Part shown: in pieces, positions 22,228 to 46,948 of the stretch
Layout of the letters: each line of letters starts with the position of its first letter
How positions within the stretch are numbered: the stretch's first letter is position 1
From: Macrostomum lignano
Lineage: Eukaryota
Reading direction: 5' to 3'
DNA length: 64,000 nucleotides
Assembly: GCA_002269645.1 (NCBI GenBank)
Contig: NIVC01000811.1
Location: 158,501 to 222,500 of the forward strand
Made by a program: the position numbers and the translations under genes
Notes under the pieces: model-generated
What the model was told of the DNA's origin: nothing
The model's input: the letters and a program-made list of their open reading frames with translations, nothing else
The model's database searches: none

Positions 22228-23592
22228 TAGCTGTATCTGATCTATAAGGCCTCTCTACCATTGTGTCTGATCTATAAGACCACTTTACCATTGTGTCTGA
22301 TCTATAAGGCCTCTCCATCATTGTGTCTTATCTATAAGGCCTCTCTACCATTGTGTCTGATCTATAAGGCCATTCTAGCATTGTTCGACCACTCTAACAC
22401 TGTTTCGGATCTATAAGGCCATTATAAACACTGTGTCTGATCTATAAGACCACTCTACCATTGTGTCTGATCTATAAGGCCTCTCTACCATTGTGTCTGA
22501 TCTATAAGGCTACTTTACCATTGTGTCTGATCTATAAGACCACTCTAACACTGTTTCGGATCTATAAGGCCACTATAAACACTGTGTCTGATCTATAAGA
22601 CCACTCTACCATTGTGTCTGATCTATAAGGCCATTCTAGCATTGTTCGACCACTCTAACACTGTTTCGGATCTATAAGGCCATTATAAACACTGTGTCTG
22701 ATCTATAAGACCACTCTACCATTGTGTCTGATCTATAAGGCCTCTCTACCATTGTGTCTGATCTATAAGGCTACTTTACCATCGTGTCTGATCTATAAGA
22801 CCACTCTAACACTGTGTCTGATCTATAAGGCCATTCTACCATTGTGTCTGATCTATAAGGCCTCTCTACCACTGTGTCTGATGTATAAGGCCATTCTACC
22901 ATTGTGTCTGATCTGTAAGGCCTCTTTACCACTGTGTCTGATGTATAAGGCCATTCTATCACTGTGTCTGATCTATAAGGCCATTTTACCATTGTGTCTG
23001 ATCAATAAGGCCTCTTCATCGTTGTGTCTGATCTATAAGGCCTCTCCATCATTGTGTCTGATCTATAAGGCCTCTACCATTGTGTCTGATCTATAAGGCC
23101 GCTCTACCATTGATCTGATGTATAAGGCCATTCTATCATTGTGTTTGATCTATAAGGCCATTCTATCATTGTGTCTGATCTATAAGGCCTCTCTACCACT
23201 GTGTCTGATGTATAAGGCCATTCTATCATTGTGTCTGATCTATAAGGCCTCTCTACCACTGTGTCTGATGTATAAGGCCATTCTATCCCTGTGTCTGATC
23301 TATAAGGCCATTCTATCATTGTGTCTGATCTATAAGTCAACTCTACCATTGTGTATGATCTATAAGGCAACTCTACCATTGTGTCTGATCTATAAGGCCA
23401 CTCTACCATTGTGTCTGATGTATAAGGCCATTCTATCACTGTGTCTGATCTATAAGGCCATTCTATCATTGTGTCTGATCTATAAGGCCTCTCTATCACT
23501 GTGTCTGATGTATAAGGCCATTCTATCACTGTGTCTGATCTATAAGGCCATTCTATCACTGTGTCTGATCTATAAGGCCATTCTACCATTCT
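22228..23592. repeat. 30-bp satellite, reverse orientation of 10737-11322
   Basis: Direct reading; 10-aa periodicity in the ORF track. Confidence 0.95.
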
Positions 23593-24458
23593 GTCTTATG
23601 TTAATAGCTGCAATTTTCATATAGACTAGTTCTGCTTGCATTGCACTTTTATTACTGTCGTGCCATATTTTCTAATCAGCCACTACCCGAGACAGATATG
23701 CTCTCTATCCTTCCATCCATGGACTACTTAGCGGAGCATCTGGACTGGCCAAAAAACAAGAAAATTTGGCGAAAAAATGCTTCAAATATTTTCGTAACGA
23801 GTTTCTCCTCTCGTTATTAGAAAAATTCAAACTAAAAATCTCAGTCCAGATTTCCCATAGTAGTAGTCCATGATCCCAAGTGTCTTTGTAAGTAGCAACT
23901 GGACTAGAAGGCGATCGAAAACTCCCCTAAGTTCTCTAACTTTGTCTTACCCTAATCGGGCCTTCTGGTCCGTTGTACCCACAGTGCTGTGCTGCACTTG
24001 CTCGATCCAGCTCTAACCCCCCCCCGCTGCGAACCAGAGCCCTTCAACCTATCCGAGGCGGGGGGAGGGCATCTAGTCTTCACAGGCCAGTTTCCAACCA
24101 GCTTCATCTGCTCAGTTGCCGTCTGCCCTGCAAACTGGCTCAAGCAGTGCCTCGCCTGCAGCAAGCACACTATTGATTGATACCCTAAGCTTCTCGCTTC
24201 TTTGATTAACGTTAATTCTGCTCCTAAAAGAAGATCTTCAGACAAAGTGAGGCTTTTCTATACCTGTGTATTTTAAACATCCCAATCCTAAATCCCAATT
24301 TAAAATCCCAATCTGAAATCCCAATCTGAAATCCCAATCTAAAATCCCAATCTGAAATCCCAATCTGAAATCTCCTTCATCCAGTCTCTCCTTCATCCTG
24401 AGCGCTCCAGAATCAGCCGCCGCATCATTCGGTGAAGGAGCCGCATGGGTTCGGCGCC

Positions 24459-33842
<9,384 letters not shown>

Positions 33843-34004
33843 TGCGTTCACCCCCTTCAAATCCCCCTCATTCAAATCGACCCCCTCCTGATCTGCCCCT
33901 TCCCGATCCACCCCCCTTCCACGCTGATAACAAGCTCCATCCGCTCTCTACTATACTTAATCCGCTCCCCACTAAATCCGCTCCCTACTAAACCCCTACT
34001 CTAC

Positions 34005-34420
34005 CTACCAAAACCGTTGCCTACTGAATCCGCACCTTACCAAATCCGCTCCCTACTGAATCCGCTACGTACTGAATCCGCTACCTACTGAATCCGCTAC
34101 GTACTGAATCCGCTACCTACTGAATCCGCTACGTACTGAATCCGCTCCCTACTGAATCCGCTACGTACTGAATCCGCTACGTACTGAATCCGCTACCTAC
34201 TGAATCCGCTACGTACTGAATCCGCTACCTACTAAATCCGCTCCCTACTAAATCCGCTCCCTACTAAATCCGCTCCCTACTAAATCCGCTCCCTACTAAA
34301 CCCCTACTCTAACTACCAAATCCGCTCCCTACCAAATCCGCTGCCTACCAAATCCGCTCCCTACCAAATCCGCTCCCTACCAAATATGCCCTTCCCTACT
34401 GACTCCGCTCTCTACTGACT
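34005..34420. repeat. 16-bp repeat (TACTGAATCCGCTACG-like)
   Basis: Direct reading. Confidence 0.85.
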
Positions 34421-34541
34421 CCGCTTGTGCACAGTTCAAACTATATATATATATTCAATGGCTGATTGAAGGAAACTTTTAAATACCGTTTTTAAATTCT
34501 GGCTTTTCTAACAAAACTGTTTCTTGATTTTTTATTTATAG

Positions 34542-34600
34542 GAGAAAAAAGCCCCGCCGCCGACAAGAAAATCGAAATTCGGAAAGAGGAAAGAAAATGA
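34542..34600 (+). CDS. Possible orphan or alternative terminal exon (GEKSPAADKKIEIRKEERK*)
   Basis: Strong acceptor ttttttatttatag|; phase-1 reading is open to TGA and compatible with the phase-1 donor of kinase exon 8. Confidence 0.25.
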
Positions 34601-35494
34601 TGCCGATTCTTAATGGAATTGCCGGGGTCGAATTTCTGCGACTAAGTGGCACACGGATGGAGATGGAGGTGGGTATTAACTTACAGATGCCATCGCCAAA
34701 AGGTAGAGAGAGAGTTGAGACCAGATTCAGCAGGAGTCAAGGAGAGAACAATCTAGATTTATATATGTAAGAGTGACCGGCAGATGGTCGCGTGATGCTC
34801 AAGAAAAAAACGAAAAATCCTTTCAAAAAATTTCTATAACCCTGCGCAGAAAAAATTATATTTAAACCCGAAAAGGGATTAATTTCTCTTATAGTTTAGA
34901 AGAAGAAGAGATCTTTTCAAATGCTTCTGTCCAATTTCTCTTTTGCTCGGGTAGGCAGGCAGCTTGAACAAACTAAGTTGATAATTAGCACTCTCCAGGA
35001 GCCAACCGGGCGTGACACTGGGGAGCTGGGCGAGTTGGCAAAAGACACCAGACAGTCTGCTTCAGTCCCCTGAGGCGCCGTGGTCTGCAGCTTGTCACAC
35101 TCCAGAAAGCACCATCAATACAGGCAAAGATTAAAATTGTGTCAAACGCAATCAGCGTCACGGACTCCGGGGTTGGCCGAATCCGCGATGCAACCAGATG
35201 CAATTCTGCGACTCTCAAGTGGACTTCCTCGGCAAGGTGAGGAAGATTATGGAGCTCGGCAGAGGCAAAGTGAGAGAAAGTGGATAATCAAGTTATTTAA
35301 GGCTTCTCACACTTTCGCTCGATTAATTATCTGGTTGGTTGAGTTGGCGTGATATTTTTCTAAATTAGACATTACAAGAAGAAAAAACAATTTTGCGGGA
35401 ATCTTCACTTATAGGTTTAATTTGCCTGCCAATTCCTTCTTCGAGTTTGAAATTTGAGTTCATTGCCCCTGAGTTCACCATCTCTTTCCGTCTC

Positions 35495-37050
35495 CTCTAC
35501 TTCCACCCCTCTACTTCCACCCCCTCTACTTCCACCCCCTCTACTTCCACCCCTCTACTTCCGCCCCTCTACTTCCACCCCCTCTACTTCCACCCCTTCT
35601 ACTTCCACCCCTCTACTTCCACCCCCTCTACTTCCGCCCCTCTACTTCCGCCCCTTCTACTTCCGCCCCTTCTACTTCCACCCCTCTACTTCGGCCCCCT
35701 CTACTTCCACCCCCTCTACTTCCGCCCCTCTACTTCCACCCCCTCTACTTCCACCCCTCTACTTCCGCCCCTCTACTTCCGCCCCCTCTACTTCCACCCC
35801 TCTACTTCCACCCCCTCTACTTCCGCCCCTCTACTTCCACCCTTTCTATTTCCCCCTTCCACCCCTCTATTCCGCCCCTCTTCTTCGTCCCCCTCTACTT
35901 CCGCCCCCTCTACTTCCGCCCCTCTACTTCCACCCCCTCTACTTCCGCCCCCTCTACTTCCGCCCCCTCTACTTCTGCCCCCTCTACTTCCACCCCTCTA
36001 CTTCCACCCCCTCTACTTCCGCCCCTCTACTTCCACCCCCTCTACTTCCACCCCTCTACTTCCACCCCCTCTACTTCCACCCCCTCTACTTCCACCCCTC
36101 TACTTCCACCCCCTCTACTTCCGCCCCTCTACTTCCACCCCTCTACTTCCACCCCCTCTACTTCCGCCCCTCTACTTCCACCCCCTCTACTTCCACCCCT
36201 CTACTTCCACCCCTCTACTTCCACCCCCTCTACTTCCACCCCCTCTACTTCCGCCCCTTCTACTTTCACCCCTCTATTTCCGCCCCTCTACTTCCACCCT
36301 TTCTATTTCCCCCTTCCACCCCTCTATTCCGCCCCTCTTCTTCGTTCCCCTCTACTTCCGCCCCCTCTACTTCCGCCCCTCTACTTCCACCCCCTCTACT
36401 TCCGCCCCCTCTACTTCCACCCCTCTACTTCCACCCCCTCTACTTCCGCCCCTCTACTTCCACCCCCTCTACTTCCACCCCTCTACTTCCACCCCTCTAC
36501 TTCCGCCCCTCTACTTCCACCCCCTCTACTTCCGCCCTCTACTTCCACCCCCTCTACTTCCACCCCCTCTACTTCCGCCCCTTCTACTTTCACCCCTCTA
36601 TTTCCGCCCCTCTACTTCCACCCTTTCTATTTCCCCCTTCCACCCCTCTATTCCGCCCCTCTTCTTCGTCCCCCTCTACTTCCGCCCCCTCTACTTCCGC
36701 CCCTTTACTTCCGTCCCTCTACTTCCACCCCTCTACTTCCACCCCCTCTACTTCCGCCCCTTCTACTTCCACCCCCTCTACTTCTACCACCTCTACTTCC
36801 ACCCCTCTACTTCCACCCCCTCTACTTCCGCCCCCTCTACTTCCACCCCCTCTACTTCCACCCCCTCTACTTCCACCCCCTCTACTTCCACCCCCTCTAC
36901 TTCCACCCCCTCTACTTCCACCCCCTCTACTTCCACCCCCTCTACTTCCACCCCTCTACTTCCACCCCCTCTACTTCCACCCCCTCTACTTCCACCCCCT
37001 CTACTTCCACCCCCTCTACTTCCGCCCCCTCTACTTCCACCCCCTACTTC
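35495..37050. repeat. C-rich 14-15-bp repeat (CCACCCC(C)TCTACTT)n
   Basis: Direct reading. Confidence 0.95.
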
Positions 37051-37608
37051 CATCCCTCCGCTAACAAGCAGTCAATCTATTCCCAGCAGACAAGCCCATA
37101 AACCATAGTTTATTGCAAAAACAGTTGCCTTTAATCCTTGAGGTCTCTCCGTCTCTGTGACAGTAAAGGAGACTTTTCTGTATATTAAATGAATGCCAAG
37201 TTGCAGCAGCAGTATCGGTGGGCAACTTGGACGTGAATAAATCTTCCAATTCAATGCCCCAGATCAATTCCGCATGGCAATGCGCTGATTAAAGCAGAAG
37301 ACAAACAGGAGCGGAGAACAGAAAAAAACACGCTCCATCTCTACTCAACAAGACTCAAAGCGTATCAAAAATCAAACAAATACAAAGTTTCTCAATTCTG
37401 TGTGTGAGAGGACGGTCTTGAATTCTTTCTGTGCTCCGCTCGGGTCGATGCGGATGCCAGCGGATCAAGGATGCCTTTTGAACGCAGAGTCCGGGGTTGC
37501 CAGATCTTGTTCACAAATCTAATTTTCTATGCACACGCTGGGGCAGGCATGCACAAGAGTTTTCTGGGATAGAGTATATTTTACTAAAGCCGACAAGTTG
37601 TCTTTCAG

Positions 37609-37858
37609 AGGCGCCAGCACCAGAGGCGCCAGCACCAGAGGCGCCAGCACCAGAGGCGCCAGCACCAGAGGCGCCAGCACCAGAGGCGCCAGCACCAGAG
37701 GCGCCAGCACCAGAGGCGCCAGCACCAGAGGCGCCAGCACCAGAGGCGCCAGCACCAGAGGCGCCAGCACCAGAGGCGCCAGCACCAGAGGCGCCAGCAC
37801 CAGAGGCGCCAGCACCAGAGGCGCCAGCACCAGAGGCGCCAGCACCAGAGGCGCCAGA
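37609..37858. repeat. Perfect 15-bp repeat (AGGCGCCAGCACCAG) x~16.7
   Basis: Direct reading; possibly coding (see findings). Confidence 0.95.
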
Positions 37859-38539
37859 AGCCTAAGCCACAGCCTATCTGACACGCGGAGAGGATTCCGG
37901 CAGCAATTCCAGATCCTAGTCCCAGATCTCCATGAGCGAGGCTGCTGATGATGTGGGAGAGGGAACCCTAGGCGCTGGCCATATTGTTTGTGAGCCATCA
38001 ATTTTTGCCAATCCCAGAATTCAAACATGTTGCCCGTCTGTCCCCCCCCGCCGCTCCGCCTGTCTTCTGTCTTTGAATTTAAATTAAAACTGCACGGTTG
38101 AAGCGTCAAAGCGGATCAAAGCCCAGGATCCGTGATTGATCTCTGGGCCGTCCATCCTTCCCCTCCATCCCTTCCCCTTCCCCTGCCAACCAGCTCGGCT
38201 ATCCAAATTTTCTGGAGAGATGCTGAATTCGATGAATAAATAAAATCGAGTTATTTGCCAATTGATCTGGCCAGAATTTTTGGTGATCGATTCTTGGAAA
38301 CTTGGCGAGTCTTTCCACTCCATCTTTTTGGGTCTGCTCGCGAATTCTTGCCTGATGAACTGGGTGGAAATCTCTTCCATTGGCTGGGTTGAATGGTTAT
38401 AGATAAGATGCAAATTAGATATCAAATTTAGAGCTTTTGTTTCTAGATATTGCGGCTGTGAAGAATCTATGAAAACGAACTTTGCATCCAATAGAACTAT
38501 AAAAAGATTTTGATTTGTTAAAGAGTGCCTCGTAGCTAG

Positions 38540-38975
<436 letters not shown>

Positions 38976-39564
38976 TGAGTTAGCTAGTTAGCTAGCTAGT
39001 TAGGTGGTTTAGAGTAGGTACATAAGTAGAGGGTAGGCGAGCCCACTCCAGACTAAACTGGTCAAACAGACGGTATTATCCAATAACTACAGCAGCCAAA
39101 CAAATGTCTTAAATCCAAAAGCATTACTCCTTGAGTATATAATTAAGTATATAATACTTTCATAACGAGATAGCAGTGAAGTGCTTCAATAGATGGTTTC
39201 GTTAAGCAGATTGCCATGAGGTTTTTATAGACTGTTTACGTGCTTCGCCAAATGCTTCTGATAAGCAGCTGTCTACCTGCAGGTTGCTACACTGTTAGAG
39301 CTTTGGCACCGAGTGCTGCAGCAAGATACACCCCAACCCCCATCTGCTGCTGCTCCACACTTACTTGCCTGGCAAATTAAAAGCAATCATAACTATATAG
39401 AAAATTCTTATTTGTGTATGGAAGTAGCTCGTATTTATGCAGATTTGCTGCGCTTAAGGAGGTCTAAAACAAGAATTTGGAGCGTGAGGACTTCACCTGG
39501 CATTTTCAGCAACCGTCTACGCTGTCATGAAGGCTTCAAAAATAATGAGCTGATGAAGGACCCT

Positions 39565-40200
39565 CACCTTGGCTCTGAGACTCTCATATTGGCTCTGAGA
39601 CTCTCATCTTGGCTCTGAGACTCTCATCTTGGCACTGAGACTCTCTCTCATCTTGGCTCTGAGACTCTCATCTTGGCTCTGAGACTCTCATATTGGCTCT
39701 GAGACTCTCATATTGGCTCTGAGACTCTCATCTTGGCTCTGAGACTCTCATATTGGCTCTGAGACTCTCACCTTGGCACTGAGACTCTCACCTTGGCACT
39801 GAGACTCTCTCTCATTTTGGCTCTGAGACTCTCATCTTGACTCTGAGACTCTTATCTTGGCTCTGAGACTCTCATCTTGGCACTGAGACTCTCATCTTGG
39901 CTCTGCAACTCTCATATTGGCTCTGAGACTCTCATATTGGCTCTGAGACTCTCATATTGGCTCTGAGACTCTCATCTTGGCTCTGAGACTCTCATATTGG
40001 CTCTGAGACTCTCACCTTGGCACTGAGACTCTCACCTTGGCACTGAGACTCTCTCTCATTTTGGCTCTGAGACTCTCATCTTGGCTCTGAGACTCTCATA
40101 TTGGCTCTGAGACTCTCATCTTGGCTCTGAGACTCTCACCTTGGCACTGAGACTCTCACCTTGGCACTGAGACTCTCATCTTGGCTGAGACTCTCATCTT
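39565..40200. repeat. 20-bp repeat (GGCTCTGAGACTCTCATCTT)n with an internal TGAGA-C-TCTCA dyad
   Basis: Direct reading. Confidence 0.9.
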
Positions 40201-41042
40201 GGCTGTATTTTCATCAAACACAAGAGCAAATTTAAGTCTAATCCAGATTTTAGTTAAAAAAAGAATGGGTCTCCATGAACTACAGCTATTAAAAATTGGA
40301 CAAACAAGAAAAAGATGAAGGTAAAGTGAGAAGCGCGCAGCTGCCAGACACGATATGAGGCAAAGCATCATAAATGGTTATGAAGAGATTTTTGCAATTT
40401 TCTGTCTCATGCTGCAAGCCCAGAGCCTCACCGCAGACGGGTCCCCAGCAGCACAACCCCCACTTTATAAATGAGAGACTGACGGGCCACTCATTTTCGA
40501 CACCTATCAATGCTTCATCGTCATTATTTCAATGTGGAATTACACAGATATAAAAAACTGTCTACCTGTGTGGGTCAGAGTGAATTGAAGAATGAAAAGA
40601 CAGAAAGCAGATTGCAGTAGCAGGCAAAACTGAATTAAAACATAAATTATAAGAATTGCTGTGGCCAAGAAGAACAGCATGATTTATTGTTAGACTCAGT
40701 AAACACTGGAAAAATACAAATATATATTTTTTCTGACAATTTTTTTCAGCTTGACTTTTATGAGAAAAAAGCGTTGGGCAGCTCAACCATGTGAGTTTTT
40801 GCTCAGTTTTTTATCCGTGCAGCTGCTGAGCGGCTGTTGGCAATTCCGGGGTTATTTGGGACTTAATTTATGGATATTGTCAGTTGGTGGTCAGCCTGCT
40901 CGATTGGCATATTTTGCTTCGAGAGCTGACACGCGACCAGCCATGTAACCTGGGCTTGGGACTTCTCTCTTTGCATCAAGGAGGCCTTCAACTGGAGTCC
41001 ACCTGGAGTAACCGGGGTTTCCTTGAAGCTCTAGTTAATATG

Positions 41043-41960
<918 letters not shown>

Positions 41961-43434
41961 AAGACATGATGGTTGGAGTTGGCACTCCAGAATCTACATC
42001 AAGTGGCTGACTTTCTCTCTCTAAGTTTATGATCTCAATTTAACATTTTTTATAACGATCGCTGCATCCTTTTGAGGATATGACAGACACGGGTTTCATT
42101 TCATTGATGAAATTCCTCGCTGCGCTGGTCACCTGTGCTGCGCCGTGCGCCACTCTTTTCCATACATTGATTCATCCCCTGAGGGGGCTGGCGTGCCGCG
42201 AGAGCTCTCTGACTTTCGCGTCGCTTGACTGGCGCAGAGTCCCACGGCAATGCAGTGTAGGAAAAAGATGCGGCCCCCAAATGAAGGCTAAGACAGGATT
42301 AAGTCTAAATAACAAAAGCCCTTAATCACTGACTGACCAATCATCCCCTGAAGCAAGCGAGTGAGAGGATTTTTCACCCGACAGCGCAGTCCAGGTCGGC
42401 ACACTTATTTAAACTCACCAACTAGTTGCCATCACAACTTCAAATCCCCAGATTATATTTTCTCCTATCTAAGAAATCTCCCAGCGCCGTGGGAGGTGTT
42501 GAAGTTCGCTTTCTCACTTCTGTTGTGGCGGCCCCGGGCTAATTCTAATCGATATTTTTTGGTTGCCGAGTTGGTGGGTGTCCCTGTTCGCACGACTCAA
42601 CCAGGGACCTTTCTAAAAATAGCACAAGTGGACTGGAAACCACATACCAACATACAAGCGCGTCAGGACTGTACTCAGGCACAGCACTCGTACACTCGCT
42701 CACACAGGCTGAACATCGGCACTGACTTTCTAATCGTCAGGCATGTGTACACTCTCTCTGAGCATTGGGGGGTTGGCTGTGAATTGCACGACAAATCCCC
42801 ATCAAAGAGACTGGAAGTGCTTCTAATTCAGCTTCCAGTCCACATATAGGCTAATTTTAGGGAGTCCTTGGCCCATCCAACCATCCATCAAGCCACTGCG
42901 CAATCACGCCCGTCCAGCCCTCCAGCAGTGAGAATTAACCGTACAGCTTATAGCATTAGCACTCCTCCTACCGAGTTTTATCGCCTCTCCCTTCCCACCC
43001 AGAGCGAAAAAACAATGGCTTGTGTAGCTTTTAAATCCGTTTATATTCTCTTCGCGGATTCGAATCCCGAGTCGATAATTGCTTGAGTTGCTGGGTGGGA
43101 GTTAGCGGCAGAGGGCGGCAGTTATGGTGTGAGGCAGCTCGCAGTGGGATGGCAGGCCCCCCCCCCCGCCTGTGGCTGTGTTGCCACCCTCCTCCTCTGC
43201 GCCGCTACGGCTTAGCAAAGACTCGTTAGATAATTTTTTAGCATTAGATAAGATAAGAGATGGATAGAATGGAAGCTGTCCATTCAGAAGTTTTTAAATG
43301 GATTTCGGCCATTCTAAAAGTGGGGGTTGGCTGCAATCTCAGTCACTGGGCCTGCCGACTCCATCGCATCTGCGTGCCTTCTCTGCTCACATCCTCACTT
43401 TTATCCATCAGCTCTCCTGTCTCATATCTTGTCT

Positions 43435-44620
43435 CTCCTCTCCTCTCCTTTCCTCTCCTCTCCTCTCCTCTCTTCTCCTCTCCTCTCCTCTCCTCTCCTC
43501 TCCTCTCCTCTCCTCTCCTCTCCTCTCCTCTCCTCTCCTCTCCTCTCCTCTCCTCTCCTCTCCTCTCCTCCCTCTCCTCTCCTCTCCTCTCCTCCCCTCT
43601 CCTCTCCTCTCCTCTCCTCCCCTCTCCTCTCCTCTCCTCTCCTCTCCTCTCCTCTCCTCTCCTCTCCTCTCCTCCTCTCCTCTCCTCCTCTCTCTCCTCT
43701 CCTCTCCTCTCCTCCTCTCCTCTCCTCTCCTCTCCTCTCCTCTCCTCTCCTCTCCTCTCCTCCCCTCTCCTCTCCTCTCCTCTCCTCTCCTCTCCTTTCC
43801 TCTCCTCTCCTCTCCTCCCCTCTCCTCTCCTCTCCTCTCCTCTCCTCTCCTTTCCTCTCCTCTCCTCTCCTCCCCTCTCCTCTCCTCTCCTCTCCTCTCC
43901 TCTCCTCTCCTCTCCTCTCCTCTCCTCTCCTCTCCTCTCCTCTCCTCTCCTCTCCTCTCCTCTCCTCTCCTCTCCTCTTCTCTCCTCTCCTCTCCTCTCC
44001 TCTCCTCCCCTCTCCTCTCCTCTTCTCTTCTCTCCTCTCCTCTCCTCCCCTCTCCTCTCCTCTCCTCTCCTCTCCTCTCCTCTCCTCTCCTCTCCTCTCC
44101 TCTCCTCTCCTCTCCTCTCCTCTCCTCTCCTCTCCTCTCCTCTCCTCTCCTCTCCTCTCCTCTCCTCTCTCTCTTCTCTCCTCTCCTCTCCTCTCCTCTC
44201 CTCCCCTCTCCTCTCCTCTTCTCTTCTCTCCTCTCCTCTCCTCTCCTCTCCTCCCCTCTCCTCTCCTCTCCTCTCCTCTCCTCTCCTCCCCTCTCCTCTC
44301 CTCTTCTCTTCTCTCCTCTCCTCTCCTCTCCTCTCCTCTTCTCTTCTCTCCTCTCCTCTCCTCTCCTCTCCTCCCCTCTCCTCTCCTCTTCTCTTCTCTC
44401 CTCTCCTCTCCTCTCCTCTCCTCTTCTCTTCTCTCCTCTCCTCTCCTCTCCTCTCCTCTCCTCCCTCTCCTCTCCTCTTCTCTTCTCTCCTCTCCTCTCC
44501 TCTCCTCTTCTCTTCTCTCCTCTCCTCTCCTCTCCTCTCCTCCCCTCTCCTCTCCTCTCCTCTCCTCCCCTCTCCTCTCCTCTCCTCTCCTCTCCTCTCC
44601 TCTTCTCTCCTCTCCCCTCT
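43435..44620. repeat. (CTCTC)n pure polypyrimidine tract
   Basis: Direct reading. Confidence 0.97.
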
Positions 44621-45274
44621 CCATCATTTCAAAATCTATCCATTAATTATTATTCAATAACTATATCTACACATTGAAATAGGCCTGTGTCTCACTTCTC
44701 CCATCCCAATTAAATCTGCTATACAACTCACGAGCAGTGGTGTGCAAAAGCATTTGGGAAGAAATCCAACCAGATGTTTGCACTCGTTCCCCATATTAAA
44801 TTATCTCCTATATAAAGTGAAATAAAAAACTTCTCTCAGTGAGACTAGTTATGTATAACAATGTTTGTAAAGGCTATTATGATGCTTTGAAAATATTTAC
44901 CAAAGACAGTGGGATCAAGGATTGCGTCACACTGCATGGGGCCTTTATCATAATTTGGACAAAATGAAATGGCCTATACGTAAGCACAGAACACACAGGT
45001 GGACACCGCCGTATGGTTTTAACACAACAAAACACAATAGAATAGCGCATGCATATGCGAAACACATGCACGATTCAATTTGTCAAACACAGCTTTTAGC
45101 TGCAGTGATCCACTTGCGTGATATCCCCTCAGGCTGCTGTCACAGGCTTCATAGCATGTTTGCACAGAGGTGGAATGCACCGCATTCAGAAGATTAATTG
45201 AGACTTTAGGAAAATGCTTTGCTTTATTAGTTATAGACTAAAGTGGTTGTCTCTGCCCTCTCCTCTCTGCTGTC

Positions 45275-46345
45275 TTATCTCTCGTCTTATCTCTCTCATC
45301 TTATCTCTCGTCTCTCGTCTCTCGTCTCTCGTCTCTCGTCTCTCGTCTCTCGTCTCTCGTCTCTCGTGTTTCGTCTCTCGTCTCTCGTCTCTCGTCTCTC
45401 GTCTCTCGTCTCTCATGTTTCGTCTTTCGTCTCTCGTCTCTCGTCTCTCGTCTCTCGTCTCTCGTCTCTCGTCTCTCGTCTCTCGTCTCTCATCTTCTCT
45501 CTCGTCTCTCGTCTCTCGTGTTTCGTCTCTCATGTTTCGTCTCTCGTCTCTCGTCTCTCGTCTCTCGTCTCTCGTCTCTCGTCTCTCGTCTCTCGTCTCT
45601 CGTCTCTCGTCTCTCGTCTCTCGTCTCTCATCTTCTCTCTCGTCTCTCGTCTCTCGTGTTTCGTCTCTCATGTTTCGTCTCTCGTCTCTCGTCTCTCGTC
45701 TCTCGTCTCTCGTCTCTCGTCTCTCGTCTCTCGTCTCTCGTCTCTCGTCTCTCGTCTCTCATCTTCTCTCTCGTCTCTCGTCTCTCGTGTTTCGTCTCTC
45801 ATGTTTCGTCTCTCGTCTCTCGTCTCTCGTCTCTCGTCTCTCTTCTTCTTCTTCTTCTCGCTTTTTGTCGCCTTTCGGCATAGCTCACCGGGAGTCCCTT
45901 ACTCCAGCTCTTACGCTTCGCATTGCCGATCTTGTCTCTCTCGCCTGCTCTCTCCGGTGATTCACGATGGTTTTGTTTAAAGAGGTCCCACGGTTCGTTA
46001 TGCCGTGGTCACTCTGCCGGGTGCGGTTTTGCCCGCGGGACGTGGTTTTCAAATCACGGCCGCGGGCCTCACCGCCCCCCCGGTTCCTTATTTGCCAGAC
46101 TGGCACGCCAGTCTGCCCGCTTGGCACCAATCGTGGAGGTTGGGAACCATCGCCAAGCATCTCTCGTCTCTCGTCTCTCGTCTCTCGTCTCTCGTCTCTC
46201 GTCTCTCGTGTTTCGTCTCTCGTGTTTCGTCTCTCGTCTCTCGTCTCTCGTCTCTCGTATCTCATCTCTCATCTCTCATCATCTCTCTCCTCTCTGCTCT
46301 CTCCTCTCTCCTCTCTCCTCTCTCGTCTCTCGTCTCTCGTCTCTC
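45275..46345. repeat. (TCTCGTC)n arrays at ~45275-45845 and ~46160-46345 flanking a unique block
   Basis: Direct reading. Confidence 0.9.
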
Positions 46346-46948
46346 TAGAAAACCTGAAAGCAGAAGAGTGCAGCAATCCGATTTTCTTGTTAGAAATTTG
46401 CAAATCAAATTAACTCAGGCATATTTTGAGTCGCAATATTACGCCAATAAATAATCTTTTATATGTTATTATTTCAATCGAAGTGACCTTAGATAAAATT
46501 GAATTTTAATGATTGTTAATTTCAGGCTTCAGCCTGCAGTCATTTTGGCCTATGCCGCCCAATTTCAACGCTTTTCTTTTCAACACAAATAATCACTACA
46601 GTAAACTATTATGCATAAATTTAAGCCTGCAGATTGTAGAGAGAGAAATGAAATTGAAAATGAATTCAATCTTGTTGTGTCGAGTCAATGGACACGCGAG
46701 ATGGCATAATTTGATTGCAGCCAATTGGGCCAGTCCGAGTGGCCCGCGCTCGACTCCCATTGGCTCCTGCCCGCTGTCCCAACTCCCCTCCCCTCTCGCA
46801 ACGGGGTCGGGGCTGGGATGGCGTAGCCAGCGGGTGGATTAAAAAAGCAAAAGCTAAGGCTGGAGAGACGAATCTCGCTCAGTCCCCCATCCCAAGCAGT
46901 CTCCAAGCTGTTTAACAATTTTAATATTCGCAGCATTGCAAGTCCGCG

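Larger units (their letters stand above)
10737..22700. repeat. Large inverted segmental duplication: left arm ~10737-14286, right arm 18901-~22700, 4.6-kb spacer
   Basis: Mirror coordinates sum to 33187 across exons 2-4 (14275/18912, 13388/19799, 12913/20274) and to 33553 across exon 1. Sharp inner breakpoint at 14286/18901; outer ends are lost in the 30-bp satellite. Confidence 0.95.
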
